From positions 434,001 to 498,000 of the forward strand of contig CDRNVI010000040.1 in the NCBI GenBank assembly GCA_977017575.1: a stretch of DNA of 64,000 nucleotides. Reading direction: 5' to 3'. The DNA is from Paramoeba atlantica (lineage: Eukaryota > Protista > Discosea). The notes below the pieces were generated by a model that saw only the letters and a list, made by a program, of their open reading frames with translations, had not been told where the DNA came from and did not search any database. Of the stretch, positions 1 to 11,078 are shown in pieces; the stretch's first letter is position 1; every line of letters starts with the position of its first letter. Position numbers and translations under genes: made by a program.

Positions 1-656
1 GTACGCTGTACGTTCCCGCTAAAATGACGCACGTCTTTCAACCTTGCGACCATTACATAATAGCGAATATGAAGAAAAATTTTGACCGCACATGGAGAAA
101 ATGGGTACAGGGTGTGTACGCTGATGCCACGACATCTATTGAAGAATGCACGGCACGCATATTAACTACATCAATCCCAGTTCTAAGAACCTTGAAATAT
201 CATCAGCTTTCTGTCGCTCTTTCCTCATTAACTCCTTCAACTATACTAAAATCGTTTGGCGTAACAGGTATTTTACGCGCGGTTTATGGCAATACGAATT
301 ATGAGGTTATTTACGACTCTTTGATTCAGACGCTGTCTGCAGAAGAACTCTCGGAAGCTCAAAAAGTCTCAACTGTTATCGTCGGTGACTCAGAAAATGG
401 TGATATGAACGAACCCATTAACACATTGGCCACACCGACTGATACAATACATGAAAATGTGGATACAGATCATCGCGGTGAAGCCCTGGATTATGTTCTT
501 GTAACAAAAATGGGTCGTCCTCCAAAGGAGACGCGAGTTTCTTATCACTCAGCGGAAGAAAGAAAACGTATGCATCGAAGACGACTTCATAAAAAAAGAG
601 TTGCACATAACAATTATCAGTGGTTCTCACGGCGCCGCATAGATTCGGTAGATTAG
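1..656 (+). mobile_element. pogo-like (DDE_1) transposase, C-terminal part, cut by the window start
   Basis: The frame is open from the window start and reads TLYVPAKMTHVFQPCDHYIIANMK, matching the pogo motif hP..+T..hQPhD...h..hK that holds the third catalytic Asp. Confidence 0.7.
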
Positions 657-1105
657 CCAATTAGATTATTAGTGCGTGTAGGAGTAAGTGAAGGAAGAAA
701 GAAGGACGGAAGAAAGAAAGAAGGAAGAAGTAAATCAACATTCAAAAATATCAATGAAACAAACATTCTTAATATTTTAAAGTACCAAATGACTACCATT
801 GTGCGTGTATTAATATGATAAAGTATGAAAATAGCGTCAAGTAATTTTAATAGGAAAATATATTTTCTAGTTTCATTGCACGAAAAAATTGGCCCCAATA
901 AAGTTGGTCCACATAAATATTGGTCCGACTTTTTTTTCGAGCTCGAAGGACCAAATTAAAAAAATATCAAATTTTTTACTCGGCCGGTAGGGCGCTCTAC
1001 GAAGATATTTTTGGGCGGAAACTGATTTCTAAAAAAAATGATTTTTGATATAACCCAAAATGACTAATTAGCTTTAATCATCATTAATTGGTACAGTATT
1101 TTTTA

Positions 1106-2614
1106 ATGACTCACTCAAAACGAAAAAGAGTTCCTCGAATCCGTGTATCCGAGCTTATCTCGGGCACCTCCTCAATAGAGGAAATAGCAACGAGTGAAAT
1201 CCCTCAGAGGGAAGATATGAACGAAGAGGATTCTACTGATTCTGCGTCCGAAGAATGTGAAACATTTGAACATAAGGCTCAACGCGTACATGACATGCTA
1301 CAGAAACAACAGAGGGATGACTTTTCTAGCAACATAGATGAGGACATCATGCGGGATGAAAAGGTGGATATTTTTAGCGTGGTTAATGAAAAAAGTGAAG
1401 CAAAGCCCCTTTCTACTTTGCCGACTCACGTTTTAAGCGCTGACAAAAAAGCTGATACCACAGGAACTATTGAAAATACTAAAAGGCGTATATCTGCTGT
1501 GCTACATGTACTGGCAAACTTCAAGAGCGAAAGATCATTAGAACATCAGCGAAAAGAATACATTGATGTGCTAGTAAAAGATGTTTGTCGACTGTACGAT
1601 TACAACGAGTTTTTGACACGTAAGCTGCTGGAAATTTTGCCACCATCAGAAGTCGTTGAGTTCATCGAGGCCAATGAAAAGGAGAGGCCAGTCACACTAC
1701 GAGTCAATACTTTAAAGTCGCGACGTCGAGAAGTGTCACACGCCCTCGCTCAACGGGGTGTGCACCTTCAAGCCCTGGAAAAATGGACTAATGTGGGGCT
1801 ACAAGTATTCGAGAGCAAAGTTGCAGTCGGGGCAACAGCGGAGTATCTTGCTGGTCATTACATGTTGCAGAGTGCAGTTTCTTTCCTTCCAGTTATCACA
1901 CTGGATCCTCAGCCGAACGAGAAGGTTCTTGACCTTGCAGCAGCTCCCGGTGGAAAGTCGTCCTTTATTGTACAATTAATGGGTGATAGTGGAATGCTGT
2001 TTGCAAATGATGCATCCCGGGCTCGATGTAAATCTCTACAAGCTAATCTGCACCGCATGGGATGCTCTAGAGTTGCAATCACTTCCATGGATGGAAGAAA
2101 ATACCCGAAAATGTATCTAAATTTTTTCGACAAGGTATTACTTGATGCGCCATGTACAGGAACAGGTGTAATATCGCGAGATCGGTCTATAAGAGCTTCT
2201 AAAACGCAAGAAGACTTAGATTATGCAACTGTAATACAAAAAGAATTGCTACTTGCTGCAATCGATTGCTGCAAGGTTGGTGGTACGATCGTTTATTCGA
2301 CGTGCAGTGTTCTGTTTGAAGAAAATGAACAAGTTGCGAATTACGCGCTGAAAAAAAGGAACGTTCAAATTATGGAATCCGAGTTGAAATTTGGGCGTCC
2401 GGGGTTTGACAAAATGCGACAATATCGCTTACATTCCTCTGTCACTAAATGTCGAAGATATTTTCCTCATTTACATAACATGGACGGTTTTTTTGTTTGT
2501 AAATTGCTGAAACTCGAACATACATCAAATGATTCAAATGGTTTACAGAAGACCAATGACAACAATGAACATCGAAAAAGACCTTCTATTAAGGGGGAAA
2601 AGGTTCTAAAATAG
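1106..2614 (+). CDS. NOP2: 25S/28S rRNA m5C methyltransferase NOP2 (NOL1/NOP2/Sun family)
   Basis: Motifs RPVTLRVNTLK, DLAAAPGGKS, LLDAPCTGTG, VYSTCS and HNMDGFFVCKL. First ATG is at 1106; the ORF-track start at 1088 is TTG. Confidence 0.95.
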   Translation: MTHSKRKRVPRIRVSELISGTSSIEEIATSEIPQREDMNEEDSTDSASEECETFEHKAQRVHDMLQKQQRDDFSSNIDEDIMRDEKVDIFSVVNEKSEAKPLSTLPTHVLSADKKADTTGTIENTKRRISAVLHVLANFKSERSLEHQRKEYIDVLVKDVCRLYDYNEFLTRKLLEILPPSEVVEFIEANEKERPVTLRVNTLKSRRREVSHALAQRGVHLQALEKWTNVGLQVFESKVAVGATAEYLAGHYMLQSAVSFLPVITLDPQPNEKVLDLAAAPGGKSSFIVQLMGDSGMLFANDASRARCKSLQANLHRMGCSRVAITSMDGRKYPKMYLNFFDKVLLDAPCTGTGVISRDRSIRASKTQEDLDYATVIQKELLLAAIDCCKVGGTIVYSTCSVLFEENEQVANYALKKRNVQIMESELKFGRPGFDKMRQYRLHSSVTKCRRYFPHLHNMDGFFVCKLLKLEHTSNDSNGLQKTNDNNEHRKRPSIKGEKVLK

Positions 2615-2935
2615 TGAAGGTGAATAAACTCTCAAGTATATCGGTTAATAAAGATATTAAGTGCGTGTTCAAAGCACAGTACAAATTGACATACTATCGC
2701 ATAATAATTAACATTCATGCTTTTGTCACATTTTTTGTTACAAGGTTCTTACTTTTTTTGAGATTTCTTGACTTAGTTATTGATTTAATACCGAGAAAAA
2801 TCACCTTTCGAGTGAAAGCCTGAGATCTGTTGCATTTCTTCTCCCAAATAATGCTTCTTTATTTGAAAAGATTTGCAGTATACAAAAACATAATTGGTCA
2901 AGCCTTTCCCACAAGTTCATATAATTTTTGGTCCC

Positions 2936-4717
2936 ATGTCCCTTTCCCAAAAACTTCTTCGTCGCAAACCTTTGGGTCACGAACACTCTCTCGGGACGGA
3001 ACTTAAACGAGTTCTCACGTTAGTCGACCTTATCTTTGTTGGTATTGGCGCGACTCTGGGTACAGGCGTGTACACGCTCTTAGGAGTTATTGCACACGAG
3101 TCGACGGGACCCTCCATTGTCATTTCTTTTTTTCTTGCGGGACTGGCGAGCATTTTAAGTGCACTATGCTACTCTGAATTTGCCGCGCGCGTGCCACGGG
3201 CCGGGTCTGTGTACGAGTACAGCTTCGTGACCATGGGAGAAGGAATGGCGTGGTTTGCGGGATGGCAGCTCCTTCTGGAATACATCATTGGCACCTCTGC
3301 CGTGGCGAAAGGTCTTGTGAACTACTTGAATGCTCTGGCAAACAATCGGATTCACGAAGCAATGTTAAACAACCTCGGCTGGAATCTCTCCTCCGAACTT
3401 TCACCCTACCCCGACTTTGTCTCCGCCGGTTTTATCTTGCTGTTGACACTGGTTGTGATGTGCGGAGTCAAGGAATCTGCCACGATGAATAACACCTTGA
3501 CGGGGTTAAATTGTTGTGTGATTCTGTTCACCGTCATCTTGGGTTCCTTCTACGCCGACACGACGAACTTCACGGCCAACTTCAGCCCGTACGGAGTACG
3601 AGGCGTTTTTGAAGGTGCGGCCATCTCCTTCTTCTGTTACGTAGGATTCGACGCCATTGCCACCACCGCGGAAGAGGCAAAGAATCCCAAACGAGATCTC
3701 CCCCTCGCCATTGTCAGCTCACTCTGCATCTGCTGCGTAGGCTACATGGCCTCCGGTCTCATTATCTCCATGCTCCAGCCCTACAACCAGATTGACGTCA
3801 ACGCTCCCCTTGCCACCGCCTTCTCCGCCCACAACGTCCACTGGGCGAAGAACGTCATCGCGGTGGGGGCCGTTTGTGGGTGTTTCAGCAGTCTCCTCAT
3901 GGGCGTAGTCCCGATGCCGCGCATCGCGTACGCCATTGCCAGTGACGGGCTCCTCCCCAAGATGTTCAGCAAGGTCCACCCCCGGTTCCGTACCCCCCAC
4001 GTCTCCGCCTGGGCCACCGGCCTCCTCGCCGCCCTACTCGCCATGATCTTCCCCTACGTCTCCCTGGCCAATCTCATGTCGCTCGGCACACTCATGTGCT
4101 ACGCCGCGGTGTGTGCCTCCGTCCTCGTCCTGCGCTACCGAGAGTACGATGAGGAGTGTGCCGCGGGACCGGCGAAGCCCTCGGACCCCTCCAAGGCCCG
4201 CAGCGCGGTCGACCCCCACACCCGCGCCCAGCTCTCGCGGATCGAGGACCCGAACGCGTGGGTGCCGTTCGCGGGGAGCGTGCTGCCCGCGGTGGACCGG
4301 GCCCGTGGGGGGGTCCGGCTCTGGGGCTGGTCCACCTCCTCCTACGCCGCCTCGTGTGTGCTGATTACGCTCTACACGGGGGCCGCGGTGGTGGTGTGTG
4401 TGGTGTATGTGTGCTACGGGGATAGCGCCGGGCGGGCGTTCTACAGTGTCCTCGGGGTGGGACTGGCGGTGATGGTGTACTGTACGGCCCTGTTGGCGCT
4501 GTTGCCGCAGCGGGTTTCGGAGAAAATGAGTTTCTGCGTGCCGTGGTCGCCGTATATTCCGCTGTTGGCCATGTTGTTCAATGTTTTTCTGCTCATCAAT
4601 CTTCCGTGGTCAACATGGGTGCGGTTCTCTGTGTGGTGTGTGATTGGGTTCGTATTATACGTTTTCTATGGAATCAAAAACAGTGTCATTGCGCATCCCG
4701 AGGATTTGACTCCATAG
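2936..4717 (+). CDS. Cationic amino acid transporter (APC/SLC7 CAT family)
   Basis: Motifs LTLVDLIFVGIGATLGTGVY, CYSEFAARVPRAGSVYEY and FCYVGFDAIATTAEEAKNPKR, plus the C-terminal F.VPWSPYIP...TWVRF..W..IG...Y..YG domain. ATG at 2936. Confidence 0.93.
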   Translation: MSLSQKLLRRKPLGHEHSLGTELKRVLTLVDLIFVGIGATLGTGVYTLLGVIAHESTGPSIVISFFLAGLASILSALCYSEFAARVPRAGSVYEYSFVTMGEGMAWFAGWQLLLEYIIGTSAVAKGLVNYLNALANNRIHEAMLNNLGWNLSSELSPYPDFVSAGFILLLTLVVMCGVKESATMNNTLTGLNCCVILFTVILGSFYADTTNFTANFSPYGVRGVFEGAAISFFCYVGFDAIATTAEEAKNPKRDLPLAIVSSLCICCVGYMASGLIISMLQPYNQIDVNAPLATAFSAHNVHWAKNVIAVGAVCGCFSSLLMGVVPMPRIAYAIASDGLLPKMFSKVHPRFRTPHVSAWATGLLAALLAMIFPYVSLANLMSLGTLMCYAAVCASVLVLRYREYDEECAAGPAKPSDPSKARSAVDPHTRAQLSRIEDPNAWVPFAGSVLPAVDRARGGVRLWGWSTSSYAASCVLITLYTGAAVVVCVVYVCYGDSAGRAFYSVLGVGLAVMVYCTALLALLPQRVSEKMSFCVPWSPYIPLLAMLFNVFLLINLPWSTWVRFSVWCVIGFVLYVFYGIKNSVIAHPEDLTP

Positions 4718-5363
4718 TTGCGTCCTTTGGATTTTGTTTCTTCATGTATGCGTGTCATAAATATAGTGTTGGGCTATTTACTGATTGATCCTTTAATAAT
4801 GATGTTAGTATGATAGATGACTATGGCTATAATATGATAAAATATCTGAAAATAAGTTTCATTCTTAGTATTTCTCAAAATAAGTGTTCTAATATTCTCG
4901 GTTTCTTTCATAGCTTTAGTATTTTCTATGCATTTATTTTTTTTACTTAGTTTTTTATGCCGTGGAAGGGTTCTTAATATAAGGAGAGAGGTAAGAATTA
5001 AATGAACGACTCTGACTGATTCACCTTCTAATAAATTGTTCGCTTTTAGACTTATAATATCAATCTCTAGTTTTGAATTCTCTCGTCCTTTCCATTTACA
5101 CTTTTGCGTACAACCATAAGCAGTGTATCAAATGGTACGATTGTGCCATTAGATACAAGTTAAATATATTCGACTGCAGTGTCCGAAATGAAAAAGATTT
5201 AATTTCTCCCTGACGAATTTACATAGGCACGTTTAGACATTGATGTCGCAATGATTTTATGTCATCGTAAACCGCACTCAGAGGAGCTCTGATTTTGCCG
5301 TTGCTTACGGTTGACGATGTCGATACTATGTTGTCCTAAAAAAAAGTAAGATAGCAAAAACAA

Positions 5364-6164
5364 ATGGGATGCGGGTGTCTAGCCCAAATATGTGATTCAT
5401 GTCTTCCGATATTTGCGGGACTGCTAGATAGTCGTGTACGTCGCTCGCTTACTGGCGCAGTTGTTGACACAAATATTTCAACCGAGATTCAACCGTTTAA
5501 CGTATGTAACTCGTGCAAAGTTAACACCATGAATTTCTTTGAAGACGTTAGGAGAATAACGATCGGCGTAAGCGCTTGTCTTGTGGGTCATCGCGTGGCA
5601 TACGATGGTCGACTACGGCCGCCGAGACTAAAATTCTTATCTCGAGTTTTACCAGCTTTGCCTATTTGTCCAGAATCATTTGGGCTCAAACTAGGTTCAC
5701 CACGTCGTCCTCTTCATCTGGAAATGGGTCACTTACCATCAGGGACGGAGAAGTCAGAAACGTATTCGTCTATGAATCGCGCGCCACAATTGGTGTTTTA
5801 TAGAAATGGGTACCGTGTTACTGTGGATCATGAAATGAAGCAATACGTGTATGAGCGTTTTACATCTGTTTCATCCACAAATCAGCGCATTGATGGGTAT
5901 ATTGGTAAGAGGGGTTCTCCGTCATGCGGTTCACTAGGAAGTGTTGTTTCCGTATCACGACACACAGGCGGAAAGTTACCACGTGATCCATCCATCGGTG
6001 GCAGCTTTGTGGCTGAAATTACAGCCCAACTCGAAATACCTACTTGTGACGCCGAAGATATTGATTCAGGAACGAACAAAGACAAGAGTCTTGCCTTTTG
6101 GGTTGCCGTACTGCGTCTCAAACGGAAACAAACGCTTTTCTCGTCAAGAGATATTATACAGTAA
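5364..6164 (+). CDS. DUF523/TudS-family Fe-S protein (thiouracil desulfidase-like)
   Basis: Three Cys motifs in the family order: IGVSACLVG..V.YDG, PICPE...L..PR.PL.L and IDGYIGKRGSPSCG, followed by GG.FV. An alternative start is the ATG at 5529. Confidence 0.8.
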   Translation: MGCGCLAQICDSCLPIFAGLLDSRVRRSLTGAVVDTNISTEIQPFNVCNSCKVNTMNFFEDVRRITIGVSACLVGHRVAYDGRLRPPRLKFLSRVLPALPICPESFGLKLGSPRRPLHLEMGHLPSGTEKSETYSSMNRAPQLVFYRNGYRVTVDHEMKQYVYERFTSVSSTNQRIDGYIGKRGSPSCGSLGSVVSVSRHTGGKLPRDPSIGGSFVAEITAQLEIPTCDAEDIDSGTNKDKSLAFWVAVLRLKRKQTLFSSRDIIQ

Positions 6165-6588
6165 AACGTGTATGATGCACGATTTCAATAGCATTTACAG
6201 ACTGTAACTTACTGTGCTTAGCTTTGACTAAATGCAGTCGTCTACAAATCACCATGAAAAATCTAGGAGAAATAGAGTGTCTACGAAAAAAGGAGACCTT
6301 GCCCCCCAACAGTATTTCATCCCGTGTGAGGCAAGGCAGAGGGAGGCCTTAACCTCCCTGAAAAGTTATAAAGTTAGGTAAGGGGTATAAAGTGAGGTAA
6401 CGTTGGGCAAGGTTCATGCTCATACTGGGTAAACATACAGTAGAGGCACATAAAGATAGAATACAGTGTATAGAGGCAATACCGCGTCTGTAGACCTCCC
6501 CGGGGTCGCGATATTATTCGCAAAAACAAATGCAATTTATATCTTAAGTTTTCAGTATGCTAAAATCCGCATTTTTCTTACATATAAA

Positions 6589-7320
6589 ATGTTTATGGCT
6601 TCAATTTGGTTACTTCTTCCACTGCTGGGGGCTGAATCACAGGTCCCTCGTAGGCCGGGGAAAGTGCGTGGGTCTCATATGCCCGCCGAGTTTGTTCTTC
6701 CCATAATTATTTCTAACATTGAAAATCCCCCTTCGTCATGGTCGGACCCACACCACGCGTGCACGTGGCCGGGCGTGTTATGTGATGATTTAGCACAGTT
6801 GATTGCGATTAACTGGAGTGGTCGGCAACTTCGCGGGAATATTCGATGGGATGGCCTCCCCTTCTCTTTGTTGCGTCTTGATCTTGGAAAAGATAAATAT
6901 CACTCAAATTTTTTAAAAGGTGATTTTCAACTTTGCACTGTTCCATCTCTGGTTACCAATTTAGATGTCAATGAAAATTTGTATCGTCACACACTGGACA
7001 TGACGTCTCTTCCGGGTGCCGCACAGTCATTTTCATTTCAAAAAAATCGATTCCGGGGCCACGTAGACCTAACAAGCCTTCCAACCGGCCTTCTTGAGCT
7101 CAATCTTTCTCAGAATATGTTTAGTGGAAATTTAAATTTTGAGCATATCCCTTGTGGAATGCGAACGCTACGCCTTGGTCGCAATCGGTTTGAAGGCATT
7201 GTCGATTTTAGCCAACTTCCAAAGGGCATGGTTTTGCTTGACCTGGACGAAAACTACTGTGTGCTCCTCAGTGATAAAGTGCCGAACTTTGTGCATGTTG
7301 GCCTGCAAGTTGAGCTGTAG
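6589..7320 (+). CDS. Short leucine-rich repeat protein with a signal-peptide-like N-terminus
   Basis: C.W.GV.C cap followed by LP..L..L.L..N.F.G.+DL repeats; hydrophobic N-terminus MFMASIWLLLPLLGA. ATG at 6589. Confidence 0.85.
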   Translation: MFMASIWLLLPLLGAESQVPRRPGKVRGSHMPAEFVLPIIISNIENPPSSWSDPHHACTWPGVLCDDLAQLIAINWSGRQLRGNIRWDGLPFSLLRLDLGKDKYHSNFLKGDFQLCTVPSLVTNLDVNENLYRHTLDMTSLPGAAQSFSFQKNRFRGHVDLTSLPTGLLELNLSQNMFSGNLNFEHIPCGMRTLRLGRNRFEGIVDFSQLPKGMVLLDLDENYCVLLSDKVPNFVHVGLQVEL

Positions 7321-7626
7321 TAGTTGTAGTATCTGTAACTGTTTGGTACAGGGGTCCGCATATTCCTGATGAAAGCCTAATTGCACAATGTACGTTGCGC
7401 AAGATGCAACGTGTTATACTATTAAAAAAATGTTATAAAATTTTACAGGTTATAATAACCTGTAGTAAAATACTTGTACACGCATCCTACAAATGTAATT
7501 GGACATCGTTATTGGGGAATAATTTTTCTAATTCCTTTTAATTGATATTGATTTTTTCGGCTATTTTTCTCTACAGCAAGTGCGAAAGAAGTAAACGAGT
7601 ACATAGATTTAGAAACTGACGTATAC

Positions 7627-8385
7627 ATGTCCTGGCAGGGCGGTAGTAGTATTTTTCATAGTAGAACAAAAGGTCGACTGCATACAGGCGCACATCGCCG
7701 TCGAATGCCTTGGTCGTATGTAAAAGAAAAGTTTCCGCGGATTGTATTAAACCAACGTGACCGGACCCTTCTGGACGGATCCGAACTTCCCATAGGCATT
7801 GAACGTGCTGTACAAAAGGACCCCATGGATATCTTAAAATACATTGTTGCTCGCCACGAGTACGACCGAAGTACCGGGGAAACACTTCTACAGATTGCCT
7901 GCAGAATGCCCTGCATGGGCAGGGGGCAAAAATTCTATCGCAAAGAATGGATGGAGGGCACATACGAAAAGTTTGTTACTTTATGTCATGTCTCACCGGA
8001 GCCCAAGAATTGTAAATTAGGCACTGCATTCGGGTATTTAACCTTTCACGGGGAGAGCTCTCTTCGGCCTATCGAAATTGATGCAGCTGATGTTCCGGGT
8101 TGGTATTCTGACTTTGACGCATCGAGGGCCATTCCACATACTGCCGCAGTTCCCGCCCCTGAGAGCATAGGGACCGAAATTCCTATCGACACATCATTGT
8201 ACCGAGTGCGATCCTATCCTTGCTATGAACCACCTCCTCCACCTCAGTACGTCGAACAGCTGCTGAAGGACCGCGGAGTTCTCCCTAGTGTTTTTCCAAG
8301 CAACTCTGATAACAAAGCTGCACAGTCAGATACTGAATCGGCGGATTCTTCAGTGGAATACACACCAAATTACCCACCTTCGTGA
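7627..8385 (+). CDS. MRPS34: Probable mitochondrial ribosomal protein mS34
   Basis: GETLLQIACRMPCMGRGQKFYRKEW...GTAFGYLTFHG resembles the mS34 core (G..L..h...hP..G.G..h.R..W ... G.a.G.LTF.G) as I recall it. Confidence 0.6.
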   Translation: MSWQGGSSIFHSRTKGRLHTGAHRRRMPWSYVKEKFPRIVLNQRDRTLLDGSELPIGIERAVQKDPMDILKYIVARHEYDRSTGETLLQIACRMPCMGRGQKFYRKEWMEGTYEKFVTLCHVSPEPKNCKLGTAFGYLTFHGESSLRPIEIDAADVPGWYSDFDASRAIPHTAAVPAPESIGTEIPIDTSLYRVRSYPCYEPPPPPQYVEQLLKDRGVLPSVFPSNSDNKAAQSDTESADSSVEYTPNYPPS

Positions 8386-8588
8386 GTCCTACGTTTTCTT
8401 TTGAAGAGACACGTCCGTAAGAAGAAATTTATTGTGTACTGATAATCTACAACCTAAATAAACAACACTCCAAAGAAAGTATTTAATCGCGTGTATTCCA
8501 CTACATTTTTCATGCTGTTGAGTTCATCTTCAGAAGCGAGTCGTTATACATAACTTTCTTTGCATACAATAAGATTGTCAGAACTTAA

Positions 8589-10505
8589 ATGACTCGCACT
8601 GAAGTTTACAGCCGGCACTCGCAAAAAGAAAGTGAGGAAGATCTCACACGAATTGCAATTGTGAATCCCGATCGATGCAAACCGAAAAAATGTAAACTGG
8701 AGTGTAAAAAATCGTGTCCTGTCGTCCGCGGTGGTCAGTTATGTATAGAAGTCACGGCATTGGATAAAGTTGCAAAAATTTCAGAAGAGCTTTGCATTGG
8801 GTGCGGCATCTGTCCAAAGAAATGTCCTTTCCAAGCGATTAGTATTATTAATCTTCCTAAAAACGTTTCACGATTTACTACACACCGGTACGGACCTAAT
8901 ACTTTTAAGCTGCATCGTCTGCCCTTGCCTCGGCGAGGCCAAGTGCTAGGCCTTGTTGGTGCCAATGGTACAGGGAAATCAACAGCTCTTAAAATTTTAC
9001 AAGGAAAAATTAAGCCCAATCTTGGAAAATTCGATTCTCCACCCACGTGGGTTGACATTTTAAAATATTTTCGTGGTTCCGAGCATCAAGCCTACTTTCA
9101 AAGTCTTGTAGAAGAGAGGTGTATTTCATCCTCAAAAATACAGTACGTAGATGAGCTACCGCGTCTTATCAACGGTACAGTGCGAGATGTGCTCACATCT
9201 CAAGATGAACGAGGTGAAATGGAAAAATACGTAAAAGAGCTTCATCTTGAGTCTGTTCTTGACCGGAATATTTCAGTCCTTTCAGGTGGGGAGCTCCAGC
9301 GGTTCGCCATAGCACTGACATGTTTGGCAAAGGCCGATGTCTATATGTTCGACGAACCCTCCTCGTACCTTGACATCAAACAGCGTCTTTTCGTTGCCCG
9401 CATCATTCGAGACATGGCGACTGAGGACTCGTATGCCATAGTTGTGGAACATGATCTTGCTGTTCTAGACTATATGTCGGACTTTATTTGCGTTCTTTAT
9501 GGCACACCGGGTGCATATGGTGTAGTGACTATGCCTTTTGGCGTGAAGGACGGCATCAATGTCTTCTTGGACGGTTTTGTACCAACCGAGAACCTTCGGT
9601 TTCGGGAGGAAGGACTGACCTTTCGAATGCTAGAGAGCAATAGTGAGGAGATATACAGCAAACGACATGCACGTTACAAATATCCTGGCATGGAAAAGAC
9701 TATGGGTAAAGATGGATTTAAGCTTTCCGTTTCTTCAGGCACGTTTACTGATTCAGAATGCATCGTTTTGCTGGGGGAAAATGGAACTGGAAAAACTACT
9801 TTTATTCGTCTGCTAGCAGGGATTGAAAAGGCTGACGATGCAGATGTTGAACTTCCTCGCATGGTTGTGTCCTACAAGCCCCAGAAAATTGCACCTAAGT
9901 TTCAAGGAACTGTTCGAGAGCTCCTCGAAAAAAAGATATATGCGGCTCTTAATCACGCACAGTTTCAAACGGATGTAACTCGACCATTGCGTATTGATGA
10001 ACTTATGGATCTCGCGGTATTAAATCTCTCAGGGGGTGAACTACAGCGCGTAGCCATTGTTCTTGCCCTCGGAACACCTGCTGACGTATATTTACTCGAC
10101 GAGCCTTCGGCGTACCTCGACAGTGAACAACGGTTAAATGCGTCAAAAGTTATAAAGCGCTTTATACTGCATTCAAAAAAGAGCGCTTTTGTCGTAGAAC
10201 ATGATTTTATTATGGCTTCATATCTTGCTGACAAAGTCATTGTGTACACAGGGGAACCAGGTCGTAAGTGCCATGCCGGCTCTCCAATGTCTATGATGGA
10301 AGGAATGAATACGTTTCTTCGGCAACTAGGTGTCACAATCCGAAGTGATCCTATGAATTTTAGGCCTCGAGTAAATAAAAACGGATCGGTCAAGGATCGT
10401 GAACAAAAAGAAAGTGGCAATTATTTTTTTTCTGAAGCGAATATGGGCGGAAATACGAAAACAAATAAAAACGAAAAACCGATGCACAAATCTGGAGAGG
10501 ATTAA
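8589..10505 (+). CDS. ABCE1: ABC ATPase ABCE1/RLI1 (ribosome recycling)
   Basis: [20 protein letters not shown] and [16 protein letters not shown] Fe-S motifs; two NBDs with GANGTGKST and GENGTGKTT, and LSGGELQR twice. Confidence 0.98.
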   Translation: MTRTEVYSRHSQKESEEDLTRIAIVNPDRCKPKKCKLECKKSCPVVRGGQLCIEVTALDKVAKISEELCIGCGICPKKCPFQAISIINLPKNVSRFTTHRYGPNTFKLHRLPLPRRGQVLGLVGANGTGKSTALKILQGKIKPNLGKFDSPPTWVDILKYFRGSEHQAYFQSLVEERCISSSKIQYVDELPRLINGTVRDVLTSQDERGEMEKYVKELHLESVLDRNISVLSGGELQRFAIALTCLAKADVYMFDEPSSYLDIKQRLFVARIIRDMATEDSYAIVVEHDLAVLDYMSDFICVLYGTPGAYGVVTMPFGVKDGINVFLDGFVPTENLRFREEGLTFRMLESNSEEIYSKRHARYKYPGMEKTMGKDGFKLSVSSGTFTDSECIVLLGENGTGKTTFIRLLAGIEKADDADVELPRMVVSYKPQKIAPKFQGTVRELLEKKIYAALNHAQFQTDVTRPLRIDELMDLAVLNLSGGELQRVAIVLALGTPADVYLLDEPSAYLDSEQRLNASKVIKRFILHSKKSAFVVEHDFIMASYLADKVIVYTGEPGRKCHAGSPMSMMEGMNTFLRQLGVTIRSDPMNFRPRVNKNGSVKDREQKESGNYFFSEANMGGNTKTNKNEKPMHKSGED

Positions 10506-11078
10506 CGAATGCCTATTGAAATACAATCAGTTTATATCACATGTAGTCGGAGTATGAATGTGCTACCCTTTAACAATCAAACGACATCCACATGTGACAG
10601 AGAGTGTAACATGTAACATGTATGTACATGTTCTATGTACGTCTTGAACTAGTACTGATTTAAAGGTCAGTTACCACATCAAGATATTTTTCGCTTCGTG
10701 TGTGTTAAAAAAATGTTTTTATTCATATTTTTAATATTTATCGTTGAATTTAGTATCATGTGAATTAAACTGATTCGATGGTAGAACCATTTCCAAAAAA
10801 AGAATAGAAGACACGCATGTTGATTTCATAGTTGTTTTTTTGTTAAATAGCTTATCTAAAGCAAACGAAAAGGGACATTTCTCGTTTTTGAAGAATTGAA
10901 ATATTCATTTAGGGGACTTTTTGGTGAGAACCTGCAGTGTAGTGGCTAACGAGACAATGTTTACAGAACAATATGTAGAACGCAATTTGTTTTAAAAATC
11001 GCATACGTTTCCTCTTTTATCCATATTGCTACCTATTTTATAAGCTTCTGCGTGATCTACTAGGCTGAGCGAACAATA

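Noticed and set aside
880-960. Repeated TTGG(T/C)CC motifs as the right TIR of the pogo element
   Set aside because: The left end is outside the window, so no inverted partner or TSD can be verified.
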